Of a stretch of 64,000 nt of DNA, positions 17,330 through 27,502 are shown one piece after another. Position 1 is the first letter of the stretch, and each line of letters starts with the position of its first letter. The DNA comes from a virus: positions 1-64,000 of the IMG/VR virus record IMGVR_UViG_3300037132_000276. One strand, given 5' to 3'. The position numbers were made by a program, and so were the translations under genes. The notes under the pieces were generated by a model that saw nothing but the letters and a program-made list of their open reading frames with translations, ran no database searches and was not told where the DNA came from.

Positions 17330-20095
17330 TCAGTTATAAACAAAATCCAAATACCCATCTTCGAACATTATTTTTTGTACTGCTAAATCCTGCAATGATT
17401 TCCTGTGAGTAATAACATAAGCCTTATTGACTTCGGACTTTTTATAAAATTCTTCGACCATTGTCATAAACTTTGTTGCATTTTCCTCTGCGAGCCCGTC
17501 ATCTTTCTCGTCGATCCAGGCGGTCCGAATGTCACATCCTATTTTCTTATTGGTTAGTGTGACCGCCAGTTGAATAGCTTCTTCAATCCATACCTTTTGG
17601 CCGGTACTCTTCTTTTTTAGTTCGCAAGAACCATTTGAATCAACAACATTTATATCAAAGACTTCTTTGAAATCTGATTTATCTTTTTTCAGTTTTGTGG
17701 TTTCAAATGTTATCCTGAATTTATTATCAAATATTGAGAGTAATTCATTAATAGTGTTTGTAATATCAAAGGAAAGATTCTCCATTTTCAAGATGGGTAT
17801 ACCGGTTTTATCAAAGGCATTAACCAAAAAATTCCAATCTTTTATATCTCGCTCGACAAATTGTAATTCTGCTTTTAGGGATTCTATTAAATCGAGGTTT
17901 ATTTGCTTCTGATTAAGTTTTTGATTTGAAGATGCAACATTTGTAGTCAACTCCTTTAATGCCAATTCAGTTGATATTTGAGTTTCGGTTAATTCTTTCT
18001 TTTTCGTCTCACTAATCATCAGATCTGCGTTCATATTGTTTAACTTTGAAACCAATTGATTATCTATTTTGCTGTTTAAATCTTCAATTTCACGTTTTAG
18101 AACGTTGACCTTCTCAAAATGGTTTTTGTGTAGATCCTCAATTTTTTCATAATAACTTACTTGTATCTTTTCTTTCTCTTTTTGGATTAGGTTGTTTAGA
18201 TTATTTATTTGTTTCCCATGCTCTTGCAGTCTTTCTATTGAGGTAATTTCTATTTTATTTAATTGTTCTTTATAATCTTTTAAACTTCTATTTTTATCAG
18301 ATAAAAGAATATTTGAGGCTTTTTTCTTAGAATTGAGATTATTTCTAGTGGTTTCAGCTTGTGTTAATTCTTCATTGATTTTAACCCAGTTCTCTTTATC
18401 TAACTCGGCTAAGACAGAAGCATTTTCCTTTATTTTAGGCTTGATTTCTTCCAATAAAGTATTAATATTTTTAATCTCATTTTCTATGATTTCAGTGAGT
18501 TTTCTGGAATTCTGGATTTTGAGCTTAGAACTTGCCAGATCTTCTAAAAGTTTTATTTTTTCTTCTATGTGTTTTGGTAAATCGGTCTTACTTTGATGAG
18601 CTGAAAGCAAATATAAACAGGATGACCCCTTAGTTGGAGAATCACAACCTGAATTTTCTATTTTGTTAATTTCCCCTTCATATTGTAATATTTTGGCATC
18701 TTTAAGTTCAATCTCATGCTCAGTTTTTTTAGATTCACTTATAAGTAAATTATGAGCCTCAAGATGCGTTTTCTCGGATTCCTGCTTTGCGCTTTTGGCG
18801 GCAACCAGTCGAGTTTCTTCGGTGATAAGATCATTTATTGTCTTTACAACTACTTCCCTTTCTGCGATTTTAGTGGATATTTTAGTAGAATTACTACATA
18901 TTTTATCTATTCTTGTAAATTCTTTTTCATATTCAGCAATTTCAGTGGTTACCGTTTCAATCTCTTTCCCAATATCAGACTTCTTTTTATTTAATAAGCC
19001 CTTCTGCTCAAGGTCGTTCTTATGAGTATTCTCCGCGGCAAGCGTTAATCTATTTATTTCTGATAGAAATTCATTACCTTGATCGAATTGCTCTATTTTA
19101 GAATCCCTCTCAATTTCAAGATCAGAGACTTCGGTAGTATTATTGAGTTCGGCGTCATTTAATAAAGATTCTTTCTGTTTTTTAGATTCAATATTCAGGA
19201 TGTTTTGTTTTGAACGCTCTTCATACCTAGCAATATTTTGTTTAATGACATCTATATCATAATTTGTTCTGTCAAGATCGCGCTTAAGAGTTTCGATCAA
19301 TTGTTCTTTTCCTGATTTCTCTAATACCATCTCTTTAATAGATTCGGAAGTAACATTAAGTCGATCATTTATATCATTGAGAGATTTTATTTCACCCTCT
19401 AATCTCTGCTGCTCTTCATAAAGACCTTTAGTTTTTTCATAAACGGTATTTTTATCAATCCCCGATTTTGTGAGGCGCTCCCGCTCCGCTTTATCTCCGT
19501 TTAGGAATGTTTTACCAATGTTACATAGAGGTTCATATCCATTAAGATTAGTCATCTGATAGAATATGTCTCTTCTGCCTGCAACTTTTAACCCGGCAAT
19601 TCCTTTTTGCTCTGCAGCGCTGAAACTACTATTAAAAAATATTTCTTTACTCCCCATAAGTTTTAATACAGCTTTATCATATGTACCAAGCTTGCCATCA
19701 TTCAGCGTGTCCCATAACTGAGCCTCCCAATTAACTTCGGAAGTGGTTAAAGGAAGGACATCACCCTCATATATCAATTTATAAAGATATGCTTCGCTGG
19801 CTTTGGTAATCCCATCAATAAGAATTTCACTTTTGTAGATATTGCCTTTATAATAAGCTATTACCGTACGCCCAGAATCTTTAAGCATGAAATGTTCAGC
19901 GAGATTTTCGTCTCTGGAAGCTAGGCAGCGGTAAAAATGCATATTATCGATTACAGTCGTTTTCCCCTTTCCGTTGGTGCCAATAAAATAGATTATCCCC
20001 GGGGAAAATTTATAGAAAGGAATTTCTACCTGGTCCAAACCAAGACCATCTTTAATTCCTATTGCGCCTTTTAATCTTAAAAAAAGAATGTCCAT
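17330..20095 (-). CDS. SbcC/Rad50-like SMC ATPase
   Basis: Walker A GTNGKGKTT, long coiled coil with central Cys pair, signature STGQK, Walker B WIDE, ITH. Confidence 0.9.
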   Translation of the reverse strand: MDILFLRLKGAIGIKDGLGLDQVEIPFYKFSPGIIYFIGTNGKGKTTVIDNMHFYRCLASRDENLAEHFMLKDSGRTVIAYYKGNIYKSEILIDGITKASEAYLYKLIYEGDVLPLTTSEVNWEAQLWDTLNDGKLGTYDKAVLKLMGSKEIFFNSSFSAAEQKGIAGLKVAGRRDIFYQMTNLNGYEPLCNIGKTFLNGDKAERERLTKSGIDKNTVYEKTKGLYEEQQRLEGEIKSLNDINDRLNVTSESIKEMVLEKSGKEQLIETLKRDLDRTNYDIDVIKQNIARYEERSKQNILNIESKKQKESLLNDAELNNTTEVSDLEIERDSKIEQFDQGNEFLSEINRLTLAAENTHKNDLEQKGLLNKKKSDIGKEIETVTTEIAEYEKEFTRIDKICSNSTKISTKIAEREVVVKTINDLITEETRLVAAKSAKQESEKTHLEAHNLLISESKKTEHEIELKDAKILQYEGEINKIENSGCDSPTKGSSCLYLLSAHQSKTDLPKHIEEKIKLLEDLASSKLKIQNSRKLTEIIENEIKNINTLLEEIKPKIKENASVLAELDKENWVKINEELTQAETTRNNLNSKKKASNILLSDKNRSLKDYKEQLNKIEITSIERLQEHGKQINNLNNLIQKEKEKIQVSYYEKIEDLHKNHFEKVNVLKREIEDLNSKIDNQLVSKLNNMNADLMISETKKKELTETQISTELALKELTTNVASSNQKLNQKQINLDLIESLKAELQFVERDIKDWNFLVNAFDKTGIPILKMENLSFDITNTINELLSIFDNKFRITFETTKLKKDKSDFKEVFDINVVDSNGSCELKKKSTGQKVWIEEAIQLAVTLTNKKIGCDIRTAWIDEKDDGLAEENATKFMTMVEEFYKKSEVNKAYVITHRKSLQDLAVQKIMFEDGYLDFVYN

Positions 20096-20104
20096 ATAAC
20101 CTTC

Positions 20105-20389
20105 TTAATTATTATTTGTGAATTGGAAAATATTTGTGAATTCTTCGGCAGTTTCTTTCGATAGATAATCTTTTGTAGAGTGTTCATCTATTGCCGGTTG
20201 TTTGGAGTTGGAAAGTATTTTTATCCCCTCTTCAGTTAATGAAGCGGTTGCAAGACAAGTGTCTTTATCATAATCGGTTATTTGCCCGAGTATTGTATGA
20301 TGATCACTATCATAAATATTGCAGTTGATAAGTTGAGGTACTTCTTGATCGGTTAGTTCTAAATGAAAAGATAATTTTGCAGCACTCAT
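20105..20389 (-). CDS. Hypothetical protein
   Basis: ORF with GAGG RBS. Confidence 0.65.
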   Translation of the reverse strand: MSAAKLSFHLELTDQEVPQLINCNIYDSDHHTILGQITDYDKDTCLATASLTEEGIKILSNSKQPAIDEHSTKDYLSKETAEEFTNIFQFTNNN

Positions 20390-20455
20390 ATAACCTCTAA
20401 ACGAATAATTGTAAAATAATTAGTTTAACATATAAAAGCAAATTAATGTTATGTT

Positions 20456-20770
20456 TTATTTATATTTTTTAAAAATCAATATATCGTCTTGTAGTTCCCA
20501 ATCTTCATGTCTTATAGCCACTGGCCATAATAATGCTTTGTGATTTTTGTTATCAAACCATATGCCAAAGCCATCTTTATTGGAATTTCTTATCTCAAAG
20601 TTTCGTTTAAAATATTCTGCAACCGCCACTACAATTGCACTTTCAAGCAGCATTGTTTTCTCGTCTAATGGAATATATCTATCAATAAACACGCAATTAA
20701 TTGGTGTCCCCCAAATTCCATTATCTTGTTTTTCTGATTCTATTTTAAAAGTATTGTTATCGATTCTCAT
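20456..20770 (-). CDS. Hypothetical protein (start moved to MRIDNN)
   Basis: ATG at 20770 forms an ATGA overlap with the helicase stop; the longer start in the track overlaps the helicase. Confidence 0.65.
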   Translation of the reverse strand: MRIDNNTFKIESEKQDNGIWGTPINCVFIDRYIPLDEKTMLLESAIVVAVAEYFKRNFEIRNSNKDGFGIWFDNKNHKALLWPVAIRHEDWELQDDILIFKKYK

Positions 20771-22383
20771 AATTGACCCCTCAGCCAAATTTTTCTTTTT
20801 TTCAACTCTATAATAGTTTCCTGCTCGATAGGTTTGCCACCATTTGCAATCCATTCTCTATGTGGTTTATCCCAATCCACAATAACAGCGTTGCACCCGG
20901 CCCATTTGCGAGCTAATTGACGGCTTAGACCTGTAATATCATCTCTGAGTGCGGCTTCCTTCTGAAATGCTGCCAGTTGTTTAAAAGATGGGTCTGCTGA
21001 GGCAATTACCATAGCCCTGGTATTAGAAGAGATCTGATTAGCAAGATTTGCTGGAAGTCCAAAAGCCCCGGCAACTCTACTCCCAAATAAACTTAATTGG
21101 ACTTGTGTTTTCTCGGTTACGTGAGCGCTTATAGCCTCATATTCTTTAGGATCTTTTTTCTGTTCTTCTATAAAGGAATTAATTTGAACAAATCTTTTTC
21201 GCTCTGAAAGCACGTGTTCCCGGGCGGTTTCAATCTGGTAAGCATATTCCAAAAGTTCAACATCTTTAGGAATATATAGATAGGCGTTCTGTTCCGGAAG
21301 CCCTTTTATGATCCGAACAAATCTTCCAACAACCTGCCTGAAAAACTTTTCACTTTTAACATTTGTTGCATATACTCCTACTCGTAATCGGCTTATATCA
21401 ACTCCTTCAGATACCATTTTCACGCATACCAACCATTTTCGGTTACCCCTTGAATGCATTTCAATGACATCACTACTTTCTTTATCGTCACTAATGGCAA
21501 CTGAAACCATTTCGCCATCTGTTACCTCTCTAATGAGCAGAGCTATTTTTCGGGCATGTTTTTGATCTATTGCAAAAACTAACCCGCCTGCGTCTGAGTG
21601 AGTTTTCCGGATTTCATTTAGCTTAATATCGGCATCAGTAATAATATGTCTCATCCAATCCCCCCGAGCGGAAAGGGCTGTTCTTAATCTTTCGCTTGAT
21701 TTTTCATCATTTAGAATATCTGTGAATGAATGAATGTATCTAATGCGATCTGTTTTCCATTCCATGATGCCATCATACGCCGGGAAGTAAATCGGTCTGC
21801 AGACCCCATCGGTAAGCGCCTCGGCATACCCATAGGTGAAGTTGGCATGGCTTATACCATCCACATATTTAACAAAAGGAATTCTATGATTGTCTTCTCT
21901 GAAAGGTGTACCGCTAAGGGATAGTTTAAATATTGCATTTTCAAAAGCATTGTTTAGTGCATTGCCCCATGTTAGGTTTTCGCCAGCGTGATGTATTTCG
22001 TCTGAAATTATTAATGTAGGGATGCTGTCAACAATCTGACGTGTTCTAATTAATTGATTTGCTAAAGCTTGGTAGGTAATTACTATTCCGTGATATCCAT
22101 TCATCACCACAAAATCCGGATCCAGGTCAATCCCATATTTATCAGCATCAATAGCCCATTGTCTTTTCAAATGATCAGTATGCACCAAGACTATAAAAAA
22201 TTTAATATGATTGCCGGTTAATAATCTATGAGCAAATCTTAAAGCATAACGAGTTTTACCAGATCCCGGGGTTGCCTCACAAAGATAATTCTTTGCTCCG
22301 CGCATAAACTCGGTTAGCGTGTCATCAAATGCCCGCGATTGCCAATTCCTTAATTCCGCATCCCAATAAGAAAGTATTCGCAT
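20767..22383 (-). CDS. Superfamily 2 (DExH) helicase
   Basis: ATPGSGKT, DEIHH, SGTP, EGVD, QVVGRFVR. Confidence 0.93.
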   Translation of the reverse strand: MRILSYWDAELRNWQSRAFDDTLTEFMRGAKNYLCEATPGSGKTRYALRFAHRLLTGNHIKFFIVLVHTDHLKRQWAIDADKYGIDLDPDFVVMNGYHGIVITYQALANQLIRTRQIVDSIPTLIISDEIHHAGENLTWGNALNNAFENAIFKLSLSGTPFREDNHRIPFVKYVDGISHANFTYGYAEALTDGVCRPIYFPAYDGIMEWKTDRIRYIHSFTDILNDEKSSERLRTALSARGDWMRHIITDADIKLNEIRKTHSDAGGLVFAIDQKHARKIALLIREVTDGEMVSVAISDDKESSDVIEMHSRGNRKWLVCVKMVSEGVDISRLRVGVYATNVKSEKFFRQVVGRFVRIIKGLPEQNAYLYIPKDVELLEYAYQIETAREHVLSERKRFVQINSFIEEQKKDPKEYEAISAHVTEKTQVQLSLFGSRVAGAFGLPANLANQISSNTRAMVIASADPSFKQLAAFQKEAALRDDITGLSRQLARKWAGCNAVIVDWDKPHREWIANGGKPIEQETIIELKKRKIWLRGQL

Positions 22384-22694
22384 TAATCTTTCTTCTTTAA
22401 TCCCAATCCATCTAACATTTCAGGCGACAATTTTATTATTTCTGATTCTTTTTTTAAGCCAATTATAAATACATCAAATCCCATTACTTTAGAAATAATT
22501 TGACGTAATCTTTGAAGATGAATAGACGAATTTTCGCCTATGACTATGAGTATGTCGTCTTTTGAAACTTGTAATTTCTTAATTGTTTTTAATATAGAAT
22601 TTTTTACCAAATGCTGATTACTTAAAGCAACTCCACTCCCGCCCTTTGGTGGATTTTTAGAGCCCACATTCTTTTTAAGCATCTTTTTTGTCAT
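22383..22694 (-). CDS. Hypothetical protein
   Basis: ORF with strong GAGAGGG RBS. Confidence 0.65.
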   Translation of the reverse strand: MTKKMLKKNVGSKNPPKGGSGVALSNQHLVKNSILKTIKKLQVSKDDILIVIGENSSIHLQRLRQIISKVMGFDVFIIGLKKESEIIKLSPEMLDGLGLKKKD

Positions 22695-22911
22695 AATCCC
22701 TCTCTCCTTTCATGTGAATAAGTTTCTCCGGCAAAGGTTACAAATTACAAAGCGCTAATTCTTTTAATTAGTTGTTCCTTTGCCGGAGTTAAAAAAAATT
22801 AATCCTGATTTAGTTCAAACCATTTTACCATGAGGTAATACCCCAAAACACAAAGCGCTATAAATGCAGCGAACATTAATCCCATTAAAATCCATCCCTT
22901 TAATTCTTCAC

Positions 22912-24123
22912 TCATTCGCTTACCGCCATGATTTCTGCGGCTCTCCGTTTTACGATATCAATTTTTGCAAGAATGGATTTGGTAACTTCCTGCCCGGTCA
23001 CCCTCCCGTATTCAATAACTTCTTCTTCAAGGGTTTTTGCTTCCATGATCGTTTCGGACCGGCTTTCCCTCTGATTAGGGACAATTTCAGAATCAAATCT
23101 TACTTGTTTATCCTCTCCAAGTAGTTTTGTAAATTCTTCTTTTTTCTCATCAGTAAGAAGACAATTTTCTTCTTCTGCAACTTTACAGCGAATACGGACC
23201 TCTGCATTCTCGGGGATTTCAGTATTGTAAACAATCTTCCCATCCTTAAACTCAGCCAATACTTCTATCATCGGCCTGGATCCTTTTAAAAGAACTCTTT
23301 CTATTTCCATCTCGTCATTATCAAACTTTACTACTTGAAAGCTTTTCTGTTCAATTTCACCCCAATTTTTATTTTGTATAGATCCGGAATAAATCATATT
23401 GGGAAGAATTGTCTGATACATGTGAATATGAGATAATGCATAATAATTGCAACTAGCTTTTTGAAGGCTGCTCGGGGATATAATCAAATCACCCTGGCTC
23501 AAGGTCTGTCCATTTGATAGCCGAGCACCTTGAATATTGCCGTGAAATCCCATGATTTTAGGACAATCAAAAGCATTATTAATCATACCAAGCGCCATCA
23601 TTAAACCGTCGAATATCTCACCAAAATCTTTATTATTTGCTTCTATGCTCTGATTCGCTATAAAAGCAGATTTAGTCGGATAAGGGACCATGTTTATAAT
23701 GATTTCCGGCCGTAAACCTTCTTGAGCAATCTTCTGATATTCGGATCTAAGAAGATCGGTGTATGTCGTCCCCGATCCATCATTAAAAAACCCCAACATC
23801 ACCGGCTGTTCAAATGCTAAAATATTTGGCTCTATTTTATGCAGCAAGGAAATAGAACTGGCTGCATCATGAAAAGCGTTTCCGCGAGTAATTGCTACAT
23901 ATTTTACAAGTCTTGAAATATTGCGCAAATATTCAAAAGCTAAATCAACTCCGGATCCTTCTTTAAACATTCGCGGAGTGTCGAACATATCCCCGCTATG
24001 CACCATATAATCAACATTATTTGTAGCGAGATATTCGACAATCTGATCGAGAGAATATCTAAGCTTTTGATTTTTTGATTCTCCGTCGATATGCCAATCA
24101 CCAGTGGTAAGAATTTTTATCAT
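22912..24123 (-). CDS. SbcD/Mre11-like metallophosphoesterase nuclease
   Basis: TGDWH, SGDMFD, GNAFHD, FHG, ALSHIH, YSGS. Confidence 0.92.
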   Translation of the reverse strand: MIKILTTGDWHIDGESKNQKLRYSLDQIVEYLATNNVDYMVHSGDMFDTPRMFKEGSGVDLAFEYLRNISRLVKYVAITRGNAFHDAASSISLLHKIEPNILAFEQPVMLGFFNDGSGTTYTDLLRSEYQKIAQEGLRPEIIINMVPYPTKSAFIANQSIEANNKDFGEIFDGLMMALGMINNAFDCPKIMGFHGNIQGARLSNGQTLSQGDLIISPSSLQKASCNYYALSHIHMYQTILPNMIYSGSIQNKNWGEIEQKSFQVVKFDNDEMEIERVLLKGSRPMIEVLAEFKDGKIVYNTEIPENAEVRIRCKVAEEENCLLTDEKKEEFTKLLGEDKQVRFDSEIVPNQRESRSETIMEAKTLEEEVIEYGRVTGQEVTKSILAKIDIVKRRAAEIMAVSE

Positions 24124-24143
24124 TTATGAATTCCCTTATATTT

Positions 24144-24764
24144 TTAGTCCCAAGTGTTCCGATATATTACGCCGCCAACAGCTCCTACTGTTAAGCCTAA
24201 AGCATCCGCAATCTTTTTTCTTCCCCAACCCGTGTCTTTTCTTAGCTGAATAATTTTTTTAACGACATCTTCATTCAGGAGTGTCCTGCTTGTATTTCGA
24301 CAATTAACCTTATTGGTCACAAATTGACAATTAGAAGGTTCGTAATTTCCATCATTTTCAATTCGATCAATTTTGAGTTCTTTAGACCAACCATTTTTAA
24401 TCGCCCAATTGTAGAATGAAATGAAACTATTTTTCCATTCATCACAAACCTTTATTCCCCTCTCGCCATATCTTTTATAAAACGTTGATTTAGGGTAATA
24501 GCATCTTTGTTTCATGTTGTACCAAGTATCCATTAATGGATGATTTGTCAGACCATGAGTCATTCTTTCTCTACAACCGCAACTTTTAGTATGACCTATT
24601 CTAAGTTGTCCAAGTTTTATGGATGCATATTGCCCGCAATCACATTTGCAAAACATCTTTCTTTCTATTTGTCCGCCCGCTTTAATATGTGGATTTACTT
24701 CAGCCATTATTTCAAGCATCCCATATTTTTTGCCAATCAGTTCTTCTATAGGTATTTTATTCAT
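24144..24764 (-). CDS. HNH-like free-standing homing endonuclease
   Basis: CKCDCG, SCGC, WYNMKQRC, YGERGIKVCDEW, IDRIENDGNYEPSNC; C-terminal HTH. Confidence 0.85.
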   Translation of the reverse strand: MNKIPIEELIGKKYGMLEIMAEVNPHIKAGGQIERKMFCKCDCGQYASIKLGQLRIGHTKSCGCRERMTHGLTNHPLMDTWYNMKQRCYYPKSTFYKRYGERGIKVCDEWKNSFISFYNWAIKNGWSKELKIDRIENDGNYEPSNCQFVTNKVNCRNTSRTLLNEDVVKKIIQLRKDTGWGRKKIADALGLTVGAVGGVIYRNTWD

Positions 24765-24948
24765 TTGCTGTCTCTTTTAAATTAAAAACCATGCACTTGC
24801 AATATTTTCGACGTGGGGGGCCGTCTAAATATGTGAGCGCTCATGCATGGTTTAATCTATCTCCCTTTTGAATGAATATTCAATTATTCCCCTTATGAAT
24901 CCGCTATATACCAATATTGAAGAGATTATAAACAATGTTATATCAAGA

Positions 24949-25356
24949 TCATCTAACATTTTCTTTCTCGTATAATTCATGGTCTCTCGGTTCTTTTTTT
25001 ACAGTTCTTGTACAACCTGTATATCTGCATTTGATTCCATTAGGATAATCTCTGCATATCTTAGGCCTATGCTCGTAGATATCACAATTATTTGTCACTG
25101 TATTAAAATTTCTGCAAGAATATACAGGAACCTCATTAATTAATTCATCATTTGTGGCTGGGTCAGTCTTTTGCATTCCTAAAAACTTAACCATTAGAAA
25201 AATTTGTTGAACTTTTTTCGAATCAAATTGATGATCGCCCCCATCATAATTTGCTTTGCCCTTCCCGATAAATAAAAGTTTTAATTTATTAGGTGTATGT
25301 TGTAAAGTGAATTTTTTACAACAATGTCCGGTGCATCTATTTATTTCTTCTGCCAT
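24949..25356 (-). CDS. YkgJ-like cysteine-cluster (CxxCxxCC-type) protein
   Basis: CTGHCC...C.IYEHRPKICRDYP. Confidence 0.8.
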   Translation of the reverse strand: MAEEINRCTGHCCKKFTLQHTPNKLKLLFIGKGKANYDGGDHQFDSKKVQQIFLMVKFLGMQKTDPATNDELINEVPVYSCRNFNTVTNNCDIYEHRPKICRDYPNGIKCRYTGCTRTVKKEPRDHELYEKENVR

Positions 25357-26561
25357 TATTTTGTGTCCGGCATATTTAATAAATCTTCTATGTATTTTAT
25401 ATGTTGTGTTGCGTTATACTTTTCAATCGGATGCTTACCGGTCCAGACTTTACCTTTTTGCTTTAAGAGTTCTTCAATCTTCTCCTTACGAATCTTAGGC
25501 GTCTGATCTTCAAACTCCTTCGCAGTAATCTTATTTAATTCTTGTGGTGTTGGATTACTAATTTGTGATTCAGCTTTTTTATCACTTGCTGTATTAGACA
25601 GTTTCTCCTCTGTGGGTTTGGGCTGCATGGTTTCAGCTTTCTCATTTTTGGGACTGCCAACGTTCTGTGATTCATTTTTTTTATCTTCCGGATCTGGAAT
25701 AATCTCAGTATTATCGGCATTGTTCTGTGGGATGACTAAGGGTTTTGGCTGAAAAATAGTTTCACTTTTAGCCCCATACATCAGATCAGATATACCAAGT
25801 TCTTTAGCCAATAGCGCCTCTTCAATTCGAGGATATTTCTCAATCAGCTTTGAAAGATCTTTTGTCACCGAAGGAATCAACAAAGGTTTTTTCAACTCTT
25901 CTAGAGTGAATGTATTAGGCATCTGAGGAATTGCATCCCGAATAGCTCTTGAATAACAGTTGGCGATTGCAAGTTTTTCCCCATCTCCGCGTTGCTTATC
26001 CAAAAAACTTGTAGTCCCTTCCTTTTCATCCTCTTTTTTCTTTTTATCAACCTGTGCCTGGAAAGAATAAAATCCTTCGGCAACTCCTTTTTTGAGTGTA
26101 CCGTCAATATCAAGACGTTCCCAAATTAGTTTATATTTTACATAATTTATCCTTCCATTTTCGTCACGTTCAATCTCTCCTACTCTATTAAGATCAACTG
26201 TTGTGATGTTCGCGGCGTCGGCTATTTCTTTCAATTTTCTGTTACTAAGCGCATATTTACCCGATTCTTTATCAACCAGGTAAATATCCCCATTTGATTT
26301 TTCTTTGTAGGTTACTTTTTGCCGGTCCTTATTATAAAAGAACCTATCTCCCAAAACTGTGTTTACGAATATGAGATGTGCTGTTAATATTAGTTCCGGT
26401 CTTGTGCCAAAGGTGATGGTCTTTGGGATAAGACTAATTGTTTGTTCCTCGGCAATTGCCAACAATTTTGCAAGTCCACCAGAGGAGTCTATCTTTGCCT
26501 GGCTTACCGTAGTCACCAAGCTATCTTTCTGCTCTCCACTCATCTTATTTCCCCCATACAT
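25356..26561 (-). CDS. Hypothetical protein, possible recombination/annealing factor
   Basis: Globular N-terminus plus disordered linker; lies upstream of SbcD-like gene; real start is probably MSGEQ at 26540. Confidence 0.55.
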   Translation of the reverse strand: MYGGNKMSGEQKDSLVTTVSQAKIDSSGGLAKLLAIAEEQTISLIPKTITFGTRPELILTAHLIFVNTVLGDRFFYNKDRQKVTYKEKSNGDIYLVDKESGKYALSNRKLKEIADAANITTVDLNRVGEIERDENGRINYVKYKLIWERLDIDGTLKKGVAEGFYSFQAQVDKKKKEDEKEGTTSFLDKQRGDGEKLAIANCYSRAIRDAIPQMPNTFTLEELKKPLLIPSVTKDLSKLIEKYPRIEEALLAKELGISDLMYGAKSETIFQPKPLVIPQNNADNTEIIPDPEDKKNESQNVGSPKNEKAETMQPKPTEEKLSNTASDKKAESQISNPTPQELNKITAKEFEDQTPKIRKEKIEELLKQKGKVWTGKHPIEKYNATQHIKYIEDLLNMPDTK

Positions 26562-26938
26562 TGATTATATATTTGATGAGCCGTTAAATTGGACATAATC
26601 TCACTTTCAACAGTGTTGATAGAGTTAATTATTTTTGTCTTTCTTTTTTGAATGGCAAGTTGTTGACTCTTGAGACTTTTTTCTGTTTCTGGGTCAAGAT
26701 TACGTGGTTTATTCTTATAAACATATAACTGCTTTAATATGTCTTGTTCCAAGCGGTTAAGAGAGTCTATTTGATTTTGTTTCTCTTTGGCCGCTTCATA
26801 TTTTACTTTACACCCCTCACAAGAATAAATCCCCTCCCCCATTCTGACTGTTTTGCCGCGTGCATTACAGTCACATACCGGCTTTCCATAGCCGTTATCT
26901 AAATGTACCGTGGATTTGATTAATTTTAGTGAATGCAT
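26540..26938 (-). CDS. Hypothetical Zn-binding/coiled-coil protein
   Basis: H..., CDC, CEGC followed by coiled coil. Confidence 0.6.
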   Translation of the reverse strand: MHSLKLIKSTVHLDNGYGKPVCDCNARGKTVRMGEGIYSCEGCKVKYEAAKEKQNQIDSLNRLEQDILKQLYVYKNKPRNLDPETEKSLKSQQLAIQKRKTKIINSINTVESEIMSNLTAHQIYNQCMGEIR

Positions 26939-26965
26939 TTTATTACCCTTTATGAATGTTTTTGT

Positions 26966-27130
26966 TTAATCAATTGATGGTTCTGCCAACATAAGATTAT
27001 TATTCTTAGCAAATCTGAATATTGCGGTTTTCATTTTTCTTGATGACCGGCCATAATACATTTTCCAAAGCTGCTCTTCTATCTGCCATTTTTTTAGTCC
27101 TGCGCATGCTGCTATAATTTTTTCAAACAT
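26966..27130 (-). CDS. Small hypothetical protein (54 aa, not in ORF track)
   Basis: MFEKIIAACAGLKKWQIEEQLW...; strong GGGAG RBS; fills an intergenic gap. Confidence 0.65.
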   Translation of the reverse strand: MFEKIIAACAGLKKWQIEEQLWKMYYGRSSRKMKTAIFRFAKNNNLMLAEPSID

Positions 27131-27151
27131 AACTCCCTTCCCTTAAGTTAT

Positions 27152-27502
27152 TCAAAAATATCTATGTGTAACTTTTTTCTTTTCCCAACCTTGATAATCA
27201 AATTTATTTTTGTGTTTCTCAATCAATAAGTTTACATCGCTAAGCAAATATTTTCTGGTGTATTTTGTCCTGCCTGGGATATGAGTTGTTACGGGTGCAA
27301 TTTCCGGATCTTTAATAAATACAAATGTCTTTCTAAACTGCTCGGAAGACATTCCGAATTTAAGAGCTGCTTGTCGTTCGCTTAGCATGGGATCATTTTT
27401 TTGGCTTTGAGTAAAAGCCGACATCATAAGTCCAAGTTTTACACCTTCCCAAAATACCGGTGAATCCGTTTTAAGAAATTCTAAGTTCATTGCGTTCTTC
27501 AA
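27152..27502 (-). CDS. HTH DNA-binding protein (excisionase-like)
   Basis: MLSERQAALKFGMSSEQFRK...RKYLLSDV pattern; start is probably ATG at 27490. Confidence 0.55.
   Translation of the reverse strand: MKNAMNLEFLKTDSPVFWEGVKLGLMMSAFTQSQKNDPMLSERQAALKFGMSSEQFRKTFVFIKDPEIAPVTTHIPGRTKYTRKYLLSDVNLLIEKHKNKFDYQGWEKKKVTHRYF

Noticed and set aside
12116-22383. Anti-phage defence island (HerA, SF2 helicase, SMC)
   Set aside because: The genes are dispersed in the lytic early operon with SSB and the SbcD-like nuclease, and lack cognate effectors or a methylase, so replication/recombination roles are more parsimonious.
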